20,041 nucleotides of DNA. Origin: Fonticula alba ATCC 38817. Its lineage: Eukaryota; Protista; Nucleariida. Below the pieces are notes generated by a model. It made no database searches. It saw only the letters and a list, made by a program, of their open reading frames with translations, and had not been told where the DNA came from. The stretch lies in NCBI GenBank assembly GCA_000388065.2, contig KB932212.1; one strand, written 5' to 3'. The number at the start of each line of letters is the position of its first letter. Positions within the stretch are counted from its first letter, which is position 1. This document shows, in pieces, positions 19,502 through 20,041 of this stretch. The position numbers were made by a program, and so were the translations under genes.

Positions 19502-19577
19502 AGATGTCAGCGTGTCGGCGTCCGGGCCCGAGCAGGGGGGCGCGCAAAGGGCAATACGCCGGCCATGTTCAACGCAC

Positions 19578-20000
19578 CGCGCCGCCTTGGCATCCATGCT
19601 GGCCTTGGTCAGCTCCGAGGCCAGCAGGAACTTCGGCCGATTGGTGTAATCCTCGCCCACCAGGGAAATGGTCGGGATGGCGGCCAGACCGCGGCGATTC
19701 TGCGCGCCGGCCTCCTCCGACGGGGGCATGTCCCCCAGGAGGAGCGCATCGTCCGGATGCAGGTGCTGGCCCCCGGCGGCCCGGGGAACATCCCACTGGG
19801 CCGCGTCCAGGAGGCTGGCCGCCGGCAGCAGGGCTGCCAAGCTGGCCATCGACGTCATGCGCACCGGGGCATGGGCCTCGAGCGACGCCAGCCGGTAGGA
19901 CGTGAAGCTGAACGGCGACATCGGCAGATTGATGGACTTCGGCTCGAAGGGCGGGTCCGGCACCGTGGCCGCGTAAGACAGCTTGCCGATGAAGAGCCGC
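19578..20000 (-). CDS. PAF1: RNA polymerase II-associated factor Paf1, internal exon (earlier exon(s) lie beyond the window)
   Basis: RLFIGKLSYAATVPDPPFEPK...YRLASLE...LHPDDALLL matches the Paf1 N-terminal signature as I recall it (F..K.kY.N.LPDPPFDPK...LdPdD..LL); GCAG acceptor at 20001, GTGCGT donor at 19577. Confidence 0.85.
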
Positions 20001-20041
20001 CTGCCGTTGCCGGGGGCAGGAAGCAGGGGGGGGAGGGGGGG

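Noticed and set aside
17798-19905. ORFs spanning the 570-N gap
   Set aside because: Open only because N codons are not stops. A hidden PAF1 exon cannot be excluded, but the flanking exons already join in phase 0.

Overview
Very GC-rich eukaryotic draft-assembly DNA with spliceosomal introns, microsatellites and N gaps; the style resembles a unicellular opisthokont such as Fonticula, but that is inference only. Nearly the whole window is two head-to-tail minus-strand genes. (1) A giant TFIID subunit 2 (TAF2)-like gene, ATG 16786 (duplicate copy 15003) to stop 326. My 7-exon, phase-consistent reconstruction totals 13,095 nt (about 4,360 aa) and encodes a catalytically dead M1-aminopeptidase/HEAT TAF2 core, a low-complexity linker, four bromodomains and a long RS/Pro-rich tail. 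(2) The 3' part of a PAF1 gene (exons 20000-19578, 19363-18907, 18199-17798). A 1,773-bp direct duplication (13445-15217 / 15228-17000) flanks a 10-N gap and is most likely an assembly artefact. All 8 inferred coding introns have GTRCGY donors. The many long plus-strand ORFs are antisense shadows. No prokaryotic, CRISPR, RNA-gene or transposon features are supported.
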